Source: an uncultured virus (IMG/VR IMGVR_UViG_3300025655_005747)
Lineage: Duplodnaviria > Heunggongvirae > Uroviricota > Caudoviricetes
Virus record (IMG/VR): IMGVR_UViG_3300025655_005747
Length of the DNA: 64,000 nucleotides
Reading direction: 5' to 3' (one strand)
Position 1 is the stretch's first letter, and every line of letters starts with the position of its first letter. The translations under genes and the position numbers were made by a program. The notes under the pieces were generated by a model. It was given only the letters and a program-made list of their open reading frames with translations, was not told the origin of the DNA and made no database searches. Positions 36,898 to 49,200 of this stretch are shown here, piece after piece.

Positions 36898-38694
36898 ATG
36901 TCTAAAAATCAAAAGAAACTTCTTCCAATAGATTATACTCATCGCGACTTTGAAACAATACAGCAAGATCTATTGGAGATAGCAGAGAGGTTTTATCCGG
37001 ATTCTTTCCAAGACTTCAGCGAGGCTTCTTTTGGTTCGCTCATGATAGATGCGGTTTCATATGTTGGTGACCAGCTTTCTTTCTACCTTGACTATAACGT
37101 CAATGAGTCATTCTTAGATACAGCATATCAGTACAGCAACGTCGTTCGCCATGGCGCAGTGCTTGGGTATAAGTTCACAGGTCGGCCATCTACATATGGC
37201 GAGGTTGCGCTTTTCATATTAGCTCCTGCTACTACCGCTGGTATCGGACCAGATACTGATTATCTACCGATATTGAAGCGCGGCACAGTTATGGGAACTG
37301 ATAACGGCTTAAGTTTTGTATTAACCGAGAACGTTGATTTTGCAAACCCAACAAACACATTTGTAGTGGCGAGAACGGATCCATCTACGGGTGCTCCAAC
37401 CTTTTATGCAGTTAAAGCCTACGGTAAAGTGGTTTCTGGAAACTTTGGACAAGAAAGAATTGCTGTGGGTGCTTTTGAAAGATTCAGGACAGTAACTTTG
37501 GAAGCACAAAATGTTGCTGAAATCATATCTGTGTTTGATACCGAAGGCAACGAATATTTTGAAGTTGATTATCTTGTGCAAGACACAATTTTTAAAGAAA
37601 TACCAAATTCCAATTTCCAGAACGATAATGTACCATCGATCATAAAGCCGACCTTGGTTTCCAGAAAGTTCGTAACTCAGATGATTAGAGATACCGTCAC
37701 CCTTCAATTTGGTAGTGGAAAGCTGGCTAACTCAGATGTCGTTGCTAATCCACAAAACTTTGCTGTAGATGTGTTCGGAAAAACATACACAAACACAACG
37801 ACATTTGATCCAAGCCGTCTTAGCCAAAACGATAGTTTTGGAGTTGTGCCGACAAACACCACACTTATTGTAACTTACAGAACAACAAACGGTATCAATT
37901 CGAATGTTGCTACCGGTGGAATTACCAACGTCATAACAGCAAACTTTGATTTTAATAATAGAGACACACTTGTTACATCAAAGGTTAGAGCAGTTGAGCG
38001 CTCGATAGAGGCAACAAACGAAGAGCCAATAACTGGCGATGTTGCATATCCGACCACAAATGAAGTAAAACAAAGAATTTACGACACTTTCCCCACACAA
38101 AACAGAGCGGTAACACAGGCAGACTACGAAAATTTAGCTTATCGCATGCACTCGAAGTTCGGCGCTATCAAGAGATGCTCCGTCCAAAAGGACTTAGATT
38201 CGCAAAAGAGAAACCTAAACATGTATGTTGTATCGGAAGATACCGCTGGCAAGTTAGTTTTGGCTAACTCAACCATTAAAAATAATTTAAAAACATGGCT
38301 GAATCAATATAGAATGATCAATGACACAATCGATATTCTCGATCCGTATATATTGAACTTCGGTATAAACTTTGTCGTCAAGCCACAAAAAATGTCTGAT
38401 AAGTTTATTGTTATAGATAACTGCGTCGAGGCTTTAAGAAGACATTTCGAACAGCCGCTTTTTATTGGAGAAGCATTGTACATCAGTGATATTTACAAAG
38501 TCCTCAAGGACGTGACTGGTGTATTAGACGTAGTGAAGGTAAATGTCTTTCTTAAGAGCGGCGGAAATTACTCAACCGCATCTATCGATATAAACAAGAA
38601 CATTTCTCCTGATGGTTCATATTTAGCAGTCCCGAACAATGCGATAATGGAACTTAAGTTCCCCGATGTTGATATAATAGGAAAGGTTAGGTAA
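36898..38694 (+). CDS. Baseplate wedge subunit, T4 gp6 / baseplate-J-like
   Basis: DYTHRDF, DFSEAS.G, YVGD.LSFY.D...NESFL.TA, LQFGSG and QNRAVT..DY. Confidence 0.9.
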   Translation: MSKNQKKLLPIDYTHRDFETIQQDLLEIAERFYPDSFQDFSEASFGSLMIDAVSYVGDQLSFYLDYNVNESFLDTAYQYSNVVRHGAVLGYKFTGRPSTYGEVALFILAPATTAGIGPDTDYLPILKRGTVMGTDNGLSFVLTENVDFANPTNTFVVARTDPSTGAPTFYAVKAYGKVVSGNFGQERIAVGAFERFRTVTLEAQNVAEIISVFDTEGNEYFEVDYLVQDTIFKEIPNSNFQNDNVPSIIKPTLVSRKFVTQMIRDTVTLQFGSGKLANSDVVANPQNFAVDVFGKTYTNTTTFDPSRLSQNDSFGVVPTNTTLIVTYRTTNGINSNVATGGITNVITANFDFNNRDTLVTSKVRAVERSIEATNEEPITGDVAYPTTNEVKQRIYDTFPTQNRAVTQADYENLAYRMHSKFGAIKRCSVQKDLDSQKRNLNMYVVSEDTAGKLVLANSTIKNNLKTWLNQYRMINDTIDILDPYILNFGINFVVKPQKMSDKFIVIDNCVEALRRHFEQPLFIGEALYISDIYKVLKDVTGVLDVVKVNVFLKSGGNYSTASIDINKNISPDGSYLAVPNNAIMELKFPDVDIIGKVR

Positions 38695-40292
38695 TGGCGA
38701 TATTAAGGTATACAGCAAGCGCTGATAATACAATTGTAAATGCTTATCAGCCTAACTTAACAACACGTGGTACGGGCTCAAACGCAGGTCAAGCAGATGT
38801 ATTGGAGACATACTCGATATACGGTCGTCAGCAAGCGTCTAGCTCTGCTACCAGCGGCTCACAAGAGTTGTCTAGAATTCTTATTAAGTTCCCAATAACG
38901 GACATCACTGCCGACAGATCAGCCGGTAAGATACCAGCATCTGGTTCAGTTAACTTCTATCTTAAGGTCTACAACGCAGAAACAAGCAAGACTGTCCCAA
39001 GGAACTACGCACTTGAAGTGCTTCCGATCGCCCAAGACTGGCAAGAAGGTAGTGGACTCGATCTTGAAAACTATTCTGACCTTACCAGAGGAAACATTGG
39101 CTCAAACTGGATGTCTGCTTCAAATTCTTCCCAATGGTTACGTCCGGATGGAGAGCAGATTATTGGCGGATCGTATTTGACTGGAGCTTCAGATCCTCAG
39201 TTCAAACAAACTTTTGCTAGTGGTTTAGAAGACTTAGAGATTGATATTTCTCCTCTCGTTGAGCATTGGATAGCAGGTACTAAAGACAACTATGGTGTTG
39301 GAATCATGCTTTCATCATCATACGAAGCATATTATTCGGCATCGAATGACGAAGGGTATGATCCTTATTATACAGGTAGTATCTTGAACAATACCGGTGG
39401 CGCTACAACTTCATATTACACAAAGCGCTTCTTTGGTCGCGGAACGCAATATTTCTTTAAGAAGCCTATTATTGAAGCCCGTTGGGATTCCGTAACAAGA
39501 GATGACCGCGGCGATTTCTACTTCAGCAGTTCGTTAGCACCCGGTCCTGATAACTTAAACACACTTTACTTATACAACTACGTTCGTGGTAAATTAACAA
39601 ACATTCCTGCGATCGGATCGACAGGCTCTATCATGGTGAGTTTATATTCTGGTTCGTCAGATAACTCACAGCCTTCTGAAAAACTTACGCTTTACAACGG
39701 CGCTACTGCGGTTACAGGCGGGTTTGTTTCGACAGGTATATATTCTTGTTCAATAGCGATAACTGGAACACTCAGTGATATAACAACGCTTTATGATGTG
39801 TGGTTCTCTGGTTCTGGTGAGGATCCATCGACAAACAATACAGAGTTCTATACTGGCTCTATCAGTGCGAAAGCTTTCTCGGCAACGTCTAACACTCGCG
39901 AGCCAGTGTATTTTATAAACATAACTAACTTGCAAAACAGATACAGCCCAACCGAGACCGCTCGATTTAATTTATATGTAAGAAACAAGAACTGGAATCC
40001 AACGATCTATACCAAGGCTGTTGCAACACCGGAGCACGTCCCAATCGTGAGTGCTTCATATCGTGTTGTTAGGATCATCGATGCACTGGAAGCGGTACCT
40101 CATAACACAGGAAGCGATTTTGCAACTGGTCTGTCTTATGATGTGTCTGGTAACTACTTTGACTTTAACATGAAGTTACTTGAGCCAGGGTACGAATACG
40201 GCTTTAAGTTTGCTTTTTACGATGACGAACTTTCTTCTTGGTTAGAGCAAGACAAGATATTCAAGTTCAGGGTGGCGGGTAATGAGTATTAA
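38694..40292 (+). CDS. Virion structural protein (beta-rich, S/T/G-rich)
   Basis: Coupled to gp6 (TAATG). ADNTI...SRILIKF...W.EG.G...NYG pattern of beta-sandwich baseplate proteins. Confidence 0.7.
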   Translation: MAILRYTASADNTIVNAYQPNLTTRGTGSNAGQADVLETYSIYGRQQASSSATSGSQELSRILIKFPITDITADRSAGKIPASGSVNFYLKVYNAETSKTVPRNYALEVLPIAQDWQEGSGLDLENYSDLTRGNIGSNWMSASNSSQWLRPDGEQIIGGSYLTGASDPQFKQTFASGLEDLEIDISPLVEHWIAGTKDNYGVGIMLSSSYEAYYSASNDEGYDPYYTGSILNNTGGATTSYYTKRFFGRGTQYFFKKPIIEARWDSVTRDDRGDFYFSSSLAPGPDNLNTLYLYNYVRGKLTNIPAIGSTGSIMVSLYSGSSDNSQPSEKLTLYNGATAVTGGFVSTGIYSCSIAITGTLSDITTLYDVWFSGSGEDPSTNNTEFYTGSISAKAFSATSNTREPVYFINITNLQNRYSPTETARFNLYVRNKNWNPTIYTKAVATPEHVPIVSASYRVVRIIDALEAVPHNTGSDFATGLSYDVSGNYFDFNMKLLEPGYEYGFKFAFYDDELSSWLEQDKIFKFRVAGNEY

Positions 40293-43200
40293 GGATTTGT
40301 TTGGTAGGCAAGTCCTATCTGATAAAAACAAAAAAGATTTAGCATCAGACATAGAATCAGCAGACAACTTAAAGGCGATTAAAACAAAGCAAGACTCCTT
40401 TGTCCCGCAGGTTGATTACGATAATCCTGATACGTTTGCTAAATACGGTTCTGCAAATCTGTATTACAAAAGCGCGATTGAACGTATTATCAACTACTAT
40501 CCATATGATGGTTCTGATGCAGAGATAAACACTTTCTACAATAAGTCTCTTGATATAGAGAAATATATTTTTGATAAAAAATATCCGCGCACAACAGGAT
40601 ATATAAAATTATCTACAGCCGGTACATCAACATCTATTGTGCGTAATGGTTATGGGCTTCCAACAACTCTTGAATATATTACTTTTAATGGCGGACCTAA
40701 CACGGTTTCAGAAACCGGAAAACTCAGCACTTTAATTCCTGATCCAACAAATAGCAAGTTTCAATACAACAACTTATATGACGACAACTTATACGTTAAT
40801 AATGGTTATCCATCTGACTACGGCTCTGGAACACGCGAATCTAACTTAAAGTCAGACTTTGATACCGGCGTGACGGTTGAATTTTGGACATCAACAGGCT
40901 CCATTGAGATTTCTAGCACAGAAAAACAAGTTGTTTTTGATATGTGGAACAATAACGCCAGTTCTAGTGCTGATTATGGTCGCATCACAATTGAGTTAGA
41001 TGGTACTGCTGCCGCTAGCCCGTGGTTAATTACGGTCCAGTCTGGCGCAACAGGAATTTTTCAACAAACTTTAGGACAAGAACTCAACTTAAACAGTTTA
41101 GAAGATTGGAAACATTATGCATTTGTTTTCCAAAACTCGGGCTCTGATTTCCATGCCAAACTTTATGTTAATGGAGAACTAGAAGATACAAACATATATA
41201 CGTCAACTACAATTGGAGAACTTACTCCAAATGCAATGCAAGGGCGCCTCGGTGCGCTATTAACAGCGCCGGCAACATTAGCTGTTGGGGGCGTTCTACC
41301 ATCGGCATACATCGGCGCCGGTAAACTCAGTGGTTCTATCGATGAGTTTAGATTTTGGAAGACTGCGCGCAATGCCGAACAAATTGGTAGAAACTGGTTT
41401 ACTCAAATACGTGGTGGCGTCAACACCGACATCGCTAACACAACGCTGGGTATGTATTACAAGTTCAACGAAGGTATCACAGGCACTTCAAGCATTGATA
41501 GTGTTGTTCTGGACTACGGTGGTCGTGTTTGTAACGGTACTTGGACAGGCTACTCTTCGGTGTCTAGAAATACTGGTTCTGCTATTGTGTCTGCATCCGC
41601 AGCCAACTTCGAGTATTTAGACCCTATTATTTATGATACTCACCCAGATGTAGTAACACTCAAGAGTGATCTTGAAGCGAAGGGGCTCTATCACGATCGC
41701 CAAAACTCAACACAATTTATTAATCTTATTCCATCATGGGTTCTCGAAGAAGTGCAAAACGATGGCGGCGCAGACGGAGATAGCGATCTTGAGAAGCTTT
41801 CTCATATCATGGGTGCATACTTCGACAAATTATACTTACAGATCTCAGCATTACCAAAACTGAGACACGAACAATATACAAGTTCTTCTTACAAACCGCT
41901 TCCTTTCGCACAACATCTTCCGGAATCATTAGGCTTAATGATGCCTGAGATTTTTGTTGACGGGAATGTGTTAGAAAAGTTTGCAAACAGAAATGATTCT
42001 GAGTTGTATGAAAGCGAACTCAACGATACCAAGAATATCATCTATCAGAATCTCTATAACAGTTTAACTTCGATATACAAATCTAAGGGCACAGAAAGAT
42101 CAATTAGAAATGTATTGAGATGTTTCAATGTTGATGATAACTTGGTTTATTTTAAGACGTATTCCGATAATCAAACTTATGAACTGAACACAAATGTCAA
42201 GCAAACACTCAAGAAAAAGAAAAGACTAAACTTCAATACTGCGTCTGCCGCGCATGCTGTGATGTATCAAGACGCCGATCCGGCTATTCCAGATTCGCAA
42301 GGCTTTATAACAGGCGGTACTGGTCAGCCTGCAATCGACGGAGTACCGGCAGGTGTTTCTTCGGCAACAGGTTCACAAGATAGATACGGCTTCACGGTAG
42401 AGTCTAGCATCTACTTCCCTAGATTCTTTAACATTGCAGACTCTTATCAAAGAAACTTCTTCACAGCATCTCTGTTTGGTATGCAGACGGTCTTTACGGG
42501 CTCGACTGGTACTGGATATGCCGGCGGCACAACATCGCTTACAGGTGCTCAAGACATCGCAAACTTCCAAGTGTATGCTATCCGAGATGACTTAAACTCT
42601 AGAAATGTTCGGTTTAAATTAACTTCGTCCTTCGATCCTCACCCGTTCGATGCATTAGAGTCGCAAACATTTATGAGTGCGTACAACTCTGAAAACTGGA
42701 ACTTATCTGTTGGTTTGCGCCCGACTAAGAAGTTCTCAGGCTTTGTCTCGGGTTCCGATGATTATGCTTACGAGGTTGTTTTCAGGGGCTTCAACAATAA
42801 GCTGGGAACAATAAACAACTCGTTTGCTGTTAGTGCATCAATAACTGCTGAAGCTGGAAAGAACATGATTCGTTCTAACAAGCGTTTGTATGTTGGTGCT
42901 CAAAATACAAACTTAACTGGTGCTAACGTATATCCTTGTGACGTTGAGTTTAATGGCTTAAAATATTGGACTCAATATATTGATGACTTGAGTCTTAAAC
43001 AACATTCTCTGGATAGAGAAAATGCAGGTATTTCAGGATCTTACCAAAATACATCACCATTTGATAGCGAGAACACAACGCACGATGTCTATAACTTAAA
43101 CGCCCTCGCGCTTAACTGGCACTTCGGAACTATCACAGGTTCAGACTCATCCGGAAATTTCTACTCAACAGACATCAGTTCGGGTTCTGCTTTTGTGAGA

Positions 43201-46200
43201 GACAACTTTGGCTGGAACGCCAAGATATCTGGATATCCACATCCCGGTAAGGGTCATGGCTTTAGAGCCAGTAGCGACATTGTGGTCAATAATGAGTTGG
43301 TAAACGAATACAAGTTTATTGATCCAGAGTTGGTAACATCTGATGATATGGTAAATGTGCTCGATGCTGATGATGAATTGTACGGCTTGTTTGATGAAGT
43401 GCCGTCATATGTTCACACTGTAGAGAAGAGTTTATACGCTGCAATATCAGAAGAAATACTTGACTATTTTGCCGGCGCAGTCGATTTCAACAATATCATT
43501 GGCGATCCAGTTCATCGTTATAGAGAAAATTACAAACCACTCGAAACTTTAAGAGAAATTTACTTCAAAAAGTTCAACAATATCCGAACTGTTGAAGCAT
43601 TCACAGAATACTATAAGTGGTTTGACGACGCAATTGCAAACATTATTGAACAAATTGTCCCAGCATCAGCAAACTTTGTAGGCGATGCTTATAACGTTGT
43701 CGAGAGCCACATACTAGAAAGACCAAAATACAAGTCACAGTTCCCAACCATAGAGTTTAAAACACCAGAACTGGAAGCAAGTCTTGCCGGGGCCGAAGCA
43801 TTAAGGTTATCTTACATTGATGATTTGTTTGGTGGCGTCGAGGCATCTCCTCGTCCGACAAATATCCATAAGAACTATTGGAAAAAGCGCGCCCAACCCG
43901 GAGCGAGAGGTACCGGCTCGTTTGAGATTTCTTCCGGAGACGCTGAAGTTGATGCGCAAAGAGTAAAATTAAGAAACATCATGCACAGCAGACCAGCATT
44001 TTCAGCGTCAAATGCGACACTGTCTCAGGCTGACGGCACAACTTATCAAAGAAACCATCGATTACAAACACAACTAGGCGGTACAGTTAGTTTTGGAAAC
44101 TCTGAGTTAAACAGAACCATTAAGGGTGGCGTTAACTTCCCACCAAACAAGAGTTTCGCATTCGCATATGCGTCAACATACCCTGCTGGCCCCGTTAACA
44201 CCACCGATGGTGTTTTCATTCCTGAAAACGTTCTGCTTGGCTTCACGGAAGATTTTACTCCAATAGACAACATAGAACAGTGGAACGAAGAAGGAAACGT
44301 TGGCAAGAAGCGCCATCGTACAATTGGTGTTGTTCAAGGTAGAGACTATGACGGCGGATATAACTATACAAATATAAAGAGCAATTTTGCATTCCCATTC
44401 AACATAATGAGCGGCACCATCAAGGGTGGAGCAGATGATTATATTTCTGCACGCCTTTCGTCGAGCGTCACAATCACAAACTTACACAACGATGTATATG
44501 GTGACGAACTTGAGAAGCCAATGCAAGGACCATTCACGGAATACGCTGTTGGTGGTCATCAGTCACGACACGTTAGCCTGAACTCTGGCTCCGACGACTA
44601 CACTAATAGAGCAGAAGCATGGAAGATCCTCTTGGGTCTTCGTGGTCCTTGTCCGGGCGACGTATGGTTGTCTGGTGCGATCGGCTTAGTCAGTGCCGAC
44701 TATCCATGGCCAGAAGCAAACGAAGTTGGCGAAACGCCTTATCCGATGACTGCATCTCACAAAGCAGTTTACTATCGTGACTTTGTTGCAAAGCGCCCAG
44801 TTAACATTCGTAACATTCTTATGCGTACTGGCTCAACGATCCTTGGAAACTACGAGCATAACTATGAAGTTGTTCACTCGTTTGATACATACGCCAACCC
44901 AAGACAGTTCATTGAAACGCAGCCAGCACTTCCAACACAAATATTCCAAAATAACTCAACAAGTTCAACGCAGACAAGAACATTCTTAGATCTACACAGA
45001 ACTGATGAAGGACACTATCAGTTTGTTGACGAGTATAACACTCACTACCTCACAGGCACAGCAAACAAGTCTATCATTGCTACTCGTTTTAGCACCGTTG
45101 GTGGGGCACTTACAGATGGAACAGGATACAGAGACTTCCGCTCTAACACGTTCTCTCCTTACAACGCTATTAATAACAGATATTTAACAGTCATTAAACC
45201 CTCTCAGGGACCGTCTGGGAGCATTTCAGAAGCGACAGGCAGTGGTACCACCGGTATTCGTGTATACGACATCCACGGCAAAGACTACGGTCTTAACTCG
45301 CATTATGCTCGCCACACTGCTCGCTTCGGTCGCGACTCACTTTTTGTGACTGCTCCGGGCACATCATATGAAGAACTCCCCGGTTTCCACAAGACACATA
45401 GAAATAACATATGTGGTCTCCGTGTCCTTTCCACAAACATTGACCATGTCGACCTCGATGGCGACAATAACCCAGATGCCTACCAAGAAATTTCAACTAT
45501 CGGCAACAAGCCACTTTACGACAACTTTAATATCCAACACCAGATCCCTCGCGACACAAGACAATACGCTTGGATCGCTGCTTCGCTTGAATCGACAGCA
45601 TCGTGGTGGAGTTGTGGCTTTACTCCTGCAAGGTTCGAAATCAGAAGCGGTTCAACCATGATAGAGCCTCTCAACTTTGTTAGTGCGAGCGAAGTTGGAA
45701 GAAATATTGTAGGAATCTCGACGATCTGGTTCCCTAGATATGCTAATCAGCCTGGAACCTATGTTAATGCATTCGTTCCGCAGACCCCTGGGATAAACTC
45801 AAATATTTATGAACCACTGACGGCTTCAACTAACACTTTGGGCTATCCCACATCGATTCCTCTGACGGACACGACAGAAGCCAATACACAATACTTGAAC
45901 ACTTCTAATATAGGTTTAGTACTAGGTGGCGTCGTATCTGATGGTCCAGCATTTAATAACCTAATGTGGAAGCGAGGCAACCAATATGCCGGCGCAAACT
46001 GGGTTCGCATGCGTCAAGGCGATCATCCAATATTAGTTAACGAGAGAAGAAACAACACACTCTCGACAATATACACAGGCAGTGCTTTGAGGCACTTCGC
46101 TTTGCCTCCAGTTTCCACAAAGGGCCGCCCAGTCCTGCTTAATATGGACTACGCCAACTCGTTCTCTACGTCAGTCGGCGGCTACCGCGAGCAAGTAGAA

Positions 46201-49200
46201 AACGTAACACTTCAAACAACTTACAACAATGAGATGATCGGCTTCAATGAGCAAGAATTAAACACATTTGCTAACATTAACTTTGATAGCGAAGTAACTT
46301 CGTTCGAACAACTTGTTGCGATGAGAGCGAGAAACAACATCAACTTAAACTGGATTGTTTACTCAGAGAACTTGTTCCCCTCGGCTAGAAGAGAGTTTAT
46401 TTCCTCCTCTACGACTCGTGTTGGATACGACAACGCATTCTGGCGCGATACCATCGAAAACAGAGTAACAGGCGGAATGGGTGTGCCGAACTCTCTTGGA
46501 GTTGAAAATTACTTTACTCCGAGTTCTACAGATCCCGATGGTGCGGTAAGATACATTACACAAAGTATTTGGCCTCTTGATGAACCTTCTGACTTTGAAA
46601 CTAGAACTGCACCCCCCATTGTTTTCTACGATGGATCTGACTATTATGAATCATCTCTGATTGTATCAAATAGTGCTGGAGAATTACAAAACACATACAG
46701 TTTATATCACTTTAATACATCTATATTGACGCTTCAGAAGCGTCTCGATATCGGCAGCACTATCAGAAATGCAGGATTATATTCTCGTAAGCACATGCTT
46801 AACTCCCCACTGTCGGCATTTAACCCAGTTGGTATATCATCATCTACAAATAACTTAGTAGACGGCATGGAAGCAAACAACACACGCCTTGCGCTTCCTT
46901 CTGAACCTGTTGCTGCTGGTGTGACTGCTTCGTTTGCTACGGGCTCTGGTGAGGCCGCATGGCAAGCACCGACACTTGCCGGTTATCTTACAACATCGAA
47001 TGGTGTTGTTGGCTTTGTTTCTAGTCCGTCTAAGCCTTGGTACAACGACTATGACGACTTCCGTTACGATATCAAGACAATGGCCAAGGGCTACGGAGTC
47101 GTACCAGAGTTCAGAGTTTCGGAACAAATTGAGAAATATGGTAAGGTTGGTATCGATGGCGAGATATTCGATTACTTGGAGATCCCCGGAACGAACTTAA
47201 GCAGTTCACAAGACACGTTCTACAAAGACTACTCCAACTCTGACTTCATGCAAAACTTCTTGGACATTAAGGGTATGTCTGGACTGAAAGCATCTGAAAT
47301 CAGACTTACCTGCAAGGCTGCAATTAAATTCAACCCATATAAGGGTTTCTATCCGGCGCAAAGAACATTAGATCTAGTAAGTCAGTTCTCAAGGTCTTAC
47401 GCTGATAGTATATCGTTTAGTTATACCGGTCCCGGTGGCACTGATTGGGGCACTATCGCTGATTCAAGGAATATACAGTTTTCATTTACAAGACCTTTGA
47501 TCCAGCCTCTTTTCGCGCCCGGAATTATGTATAATTCGATTAAATCTGGATTGGCGGTTGATTATCCAGTTGTTACAAATGGCTGGAAGGTTTTAAATCA
47601 GCTTGTAACTGGTGCTGCTGATGCATCGGGAGATTATCCAGAAAACTATATGATAGCATCTACATTCTCTTCTAGTGTGGATATTGGCGGCGGAAGCTCT
47701 GATTATACATCTGGCGCTTTCTGGGATTTAAGGGTTCCTTTTGAAGCGATTATGAACCCAGCTAGATATCTTAATGGTGTTTCGCTGCCGGATATTGAGC
47801 CTCATCCCAAATCACGAGTTCCAATCACGATATCAGCATCTTTGAATGCACAAAATGCCGGCGAAGAATATAACAGAATGTCTTCAAACTTCTTTGCAGA
47901 AGTCGGAAAGTTCTTCTTACAAGGTGGCGATTACACCAAACTTCGCTCAACTGGTGTTGATTTAGGTAAGAAAAAGTTCACCGGTGAAGAGGTATACGGC
48001 GCTCGTTTAAGGATGAGAACATCCTACGAAGGTTCGCGAACTTATGAAAACGAGGTTGGCTCAGACGGCACCAACTATTTCTATTCAGCCAATGGTGCTC
48101 AGGCATTCTTTAAGAATTACACGACTGCTAGTACTCCCGCCGCCTCGGAAATCACCGGCATTTCTGGCTCATATGAATTACCACAAGATCCAGAAAGACA
48201 GACTAGCTTTAAACACAACTTTGTTATGTACAGCAGGCCCACAGCGTTTGGTCCAGCGGTTTCTGGTCGCCAAGATGTATATGAATTGCTGCCCGGAAGA
48301 GTTGCGAGTGCAGATACTGGTGGCATAGAAGTCTCAGGTTCTGATTTCAACTTATCAGCATCAGCATATGGCGTGAAAGACTCTCTCAACGGCTACAACT
48401 GGTCGTTCACGCCCCCATACTACTACGGCGAAGCTTGGGTTGACTTTATTTTCAGACCATCTGCTAGTGTTGAATACGATCTCACAAGAATCTTGGCTGA
48501 AACAAGAATTGTTAAGAGAAGGTATGATCCCGGCTCCGATATGGTAGGACACAAAAAGATAGAAGGATTTTATTGTCGCACTTTGCACCGAGACCAAGCA
48601 ATGATATGGTCTGATTCAGGGTCTTTAGATAGTTACTTCGATAGTTTTTCGCAGATTGTTCCATCGGAAACAAATTTTGGAAGCAACTTCACACCATACG
48701 CTAGTGAAAACATCAACGACAATGCAATGCAGTTGGACTCATGTCTTAACTTATTCGGTATTGAATACGAACAAAAAGCAAAAACCAACAAGTTCGGCTT
48801 ACAAATATCAAAGGACAACGAGCAAGCAAGCCAAAGATGGGTTATTCAGCCTAAGTTTGAGACCCCAATGATGAACTTTGCCGACTCTGGCGTAAGACCA
48901 CTAACAACCGATAATGTTACGATACCACAAAACTTTGGATCGGAATCAGTACCACGAGGTATGTGGCATCAATTTGGAACACTTCCAAGTTCACGTACAG
49001 AAGGCATCTTCATGGAAATCGGAGATATTCCAGCAAACTGGCTTAAGAACCATTACGAAGTTGTGACTGGGTCATCAATTTACAACAATTACGCTGCTAG
49101 CGGTGATCCAAACCTCTACAAGAACATGAAGTCATTCTCTAAACTTTGTGGCTTTGATGAGAACAACTCAAGCGTAAGACTTGGTGAAGTTGCCGATAGA